From positions 49,664,001 to 49,728,000 of the forward strand of contig CM052816.1 of assembly GCA_028534125.1 (NCBI GenBank): 64,000 nucleotides of DNA, read 5' to 3'. The notes beneath the pieces were generated by a model. It saw only the letters and a list, made by a program, of their open reading frames with translations, did not search any database and was not told the origin of the DNA. This document shows, in pieces, positions 63,313 through 64,000 of the stretch. Position 1 is the stretch's first letter. Every line of letters starts with the position of its first letter. The position numbers and the translations under genes were made by a program. This DNA is from Lama glama (taxonomy: Eukaryota).

Positions 63313-64000
63313 TTTTACTGAATCTATTCAGATGGCTGGGCTTTATACAGTGACTCCTTTAATTCTTGCCCAGCCATATGAAGTAACCAGGAAAAAGGCA
63401 AGAAGAATCTAAAATCCAGAGCATATGAATTAAAATCTTTACCTCAGACCAGAAAACTGTATTTATGACGGGGTCTAAACTACCTTAAGATATACTATTG
63501 CATCTAACTTAATATACCGACTGACATCTCTAAACAAAATAGCCACAGTTCATTTCGCCCCTGAATGCGAAGCTGTAAATGGTGGAGGATGTGAAGAAAC
63601 TCTAACCAGAGCAAGTACTAAGAGTAGGGAGGTGAGTACAATACAGTGAAAGCCCTTCAGAAACAGGTGGAAACTCGGAGGAAACTGTTAGGCCCGGCCA
63701 GGGCTCTTGAAACAACCAACAGATTACACCCTTGGTAGTATATTGCTTCTGTCACATGCAGTTTACTCAGTGAATGAGGGGTTTCACTTTGATTGGAAGC
63801 TTTACCAGGTGTAGAGTCATAAAGAGATGCTAGTTTTTAATGTTGATTCACGTATGTTCTTTTCTGTTTCGCTTCTTAGATGAACCACGCCCATAAAGCA
63901 TTCCTGATATATCAGTTTTCATTTTTTTTGCCTATACATACTGGGAAAGTTACTCAAGCACAGAATCTTAGATATTAATCATTTTCCCCAATATTACCAA

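Noticed and set aside
1..64000. A novel multi-gene or prokaryote-type system, or a nested retrogene
   Set aside because: All protein-like signals trace to EDIL3 exons or to L1/CR1 fossils. I saw no operon, RNA gene or processed pseudogene, though a very decayed one could be missed by eye.

Overview
This is AT-rich mammalian genomic DNA, probably from a camelid, judging by a tRNA-derived SINE at 35161 and artiodactyl-type L1 3' ends. The whole window lies inside the EDIL3 (Del-1) gene on the + strand. It holds two coding exons: 16013-16126 (114 nt, third, calcium-binding EGF repeat) and 44654-44835 (182 nt, start of the first discoidin/F5-8 type C domain). A 28,527-nt GT-AG intron separates them. 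The rest is intron filled with L1, L2, MIR and CR1 fossils, hAT DNA-transposon remnants, LTRs and microsatellites. I see no convincing new multi-gene system. The most interesting points are: (1) a weak donor with an open read-through frame after the discoidin exon, resembling the truncated Del-1 'minor' isoform; (2) a cryptic donor in the EGF exon that would create a TAA exactly at the splice junction; (3) a CpG- and motif-dense candidate intronic enhancer at about 38.3-38.9 kb; (4) an LTR ending in poly(A), suggesting L1-mediated retroposition; (5) an old ~370-bp local duplication dated by a nested L1 with a target-site duplication (TSD); (6) a CR1 reverse-transcriptase fossil of more than 1 kb. 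Repeat subfamily names and boundaries were assigned by eye from remembered consensus sequences and are approximate.
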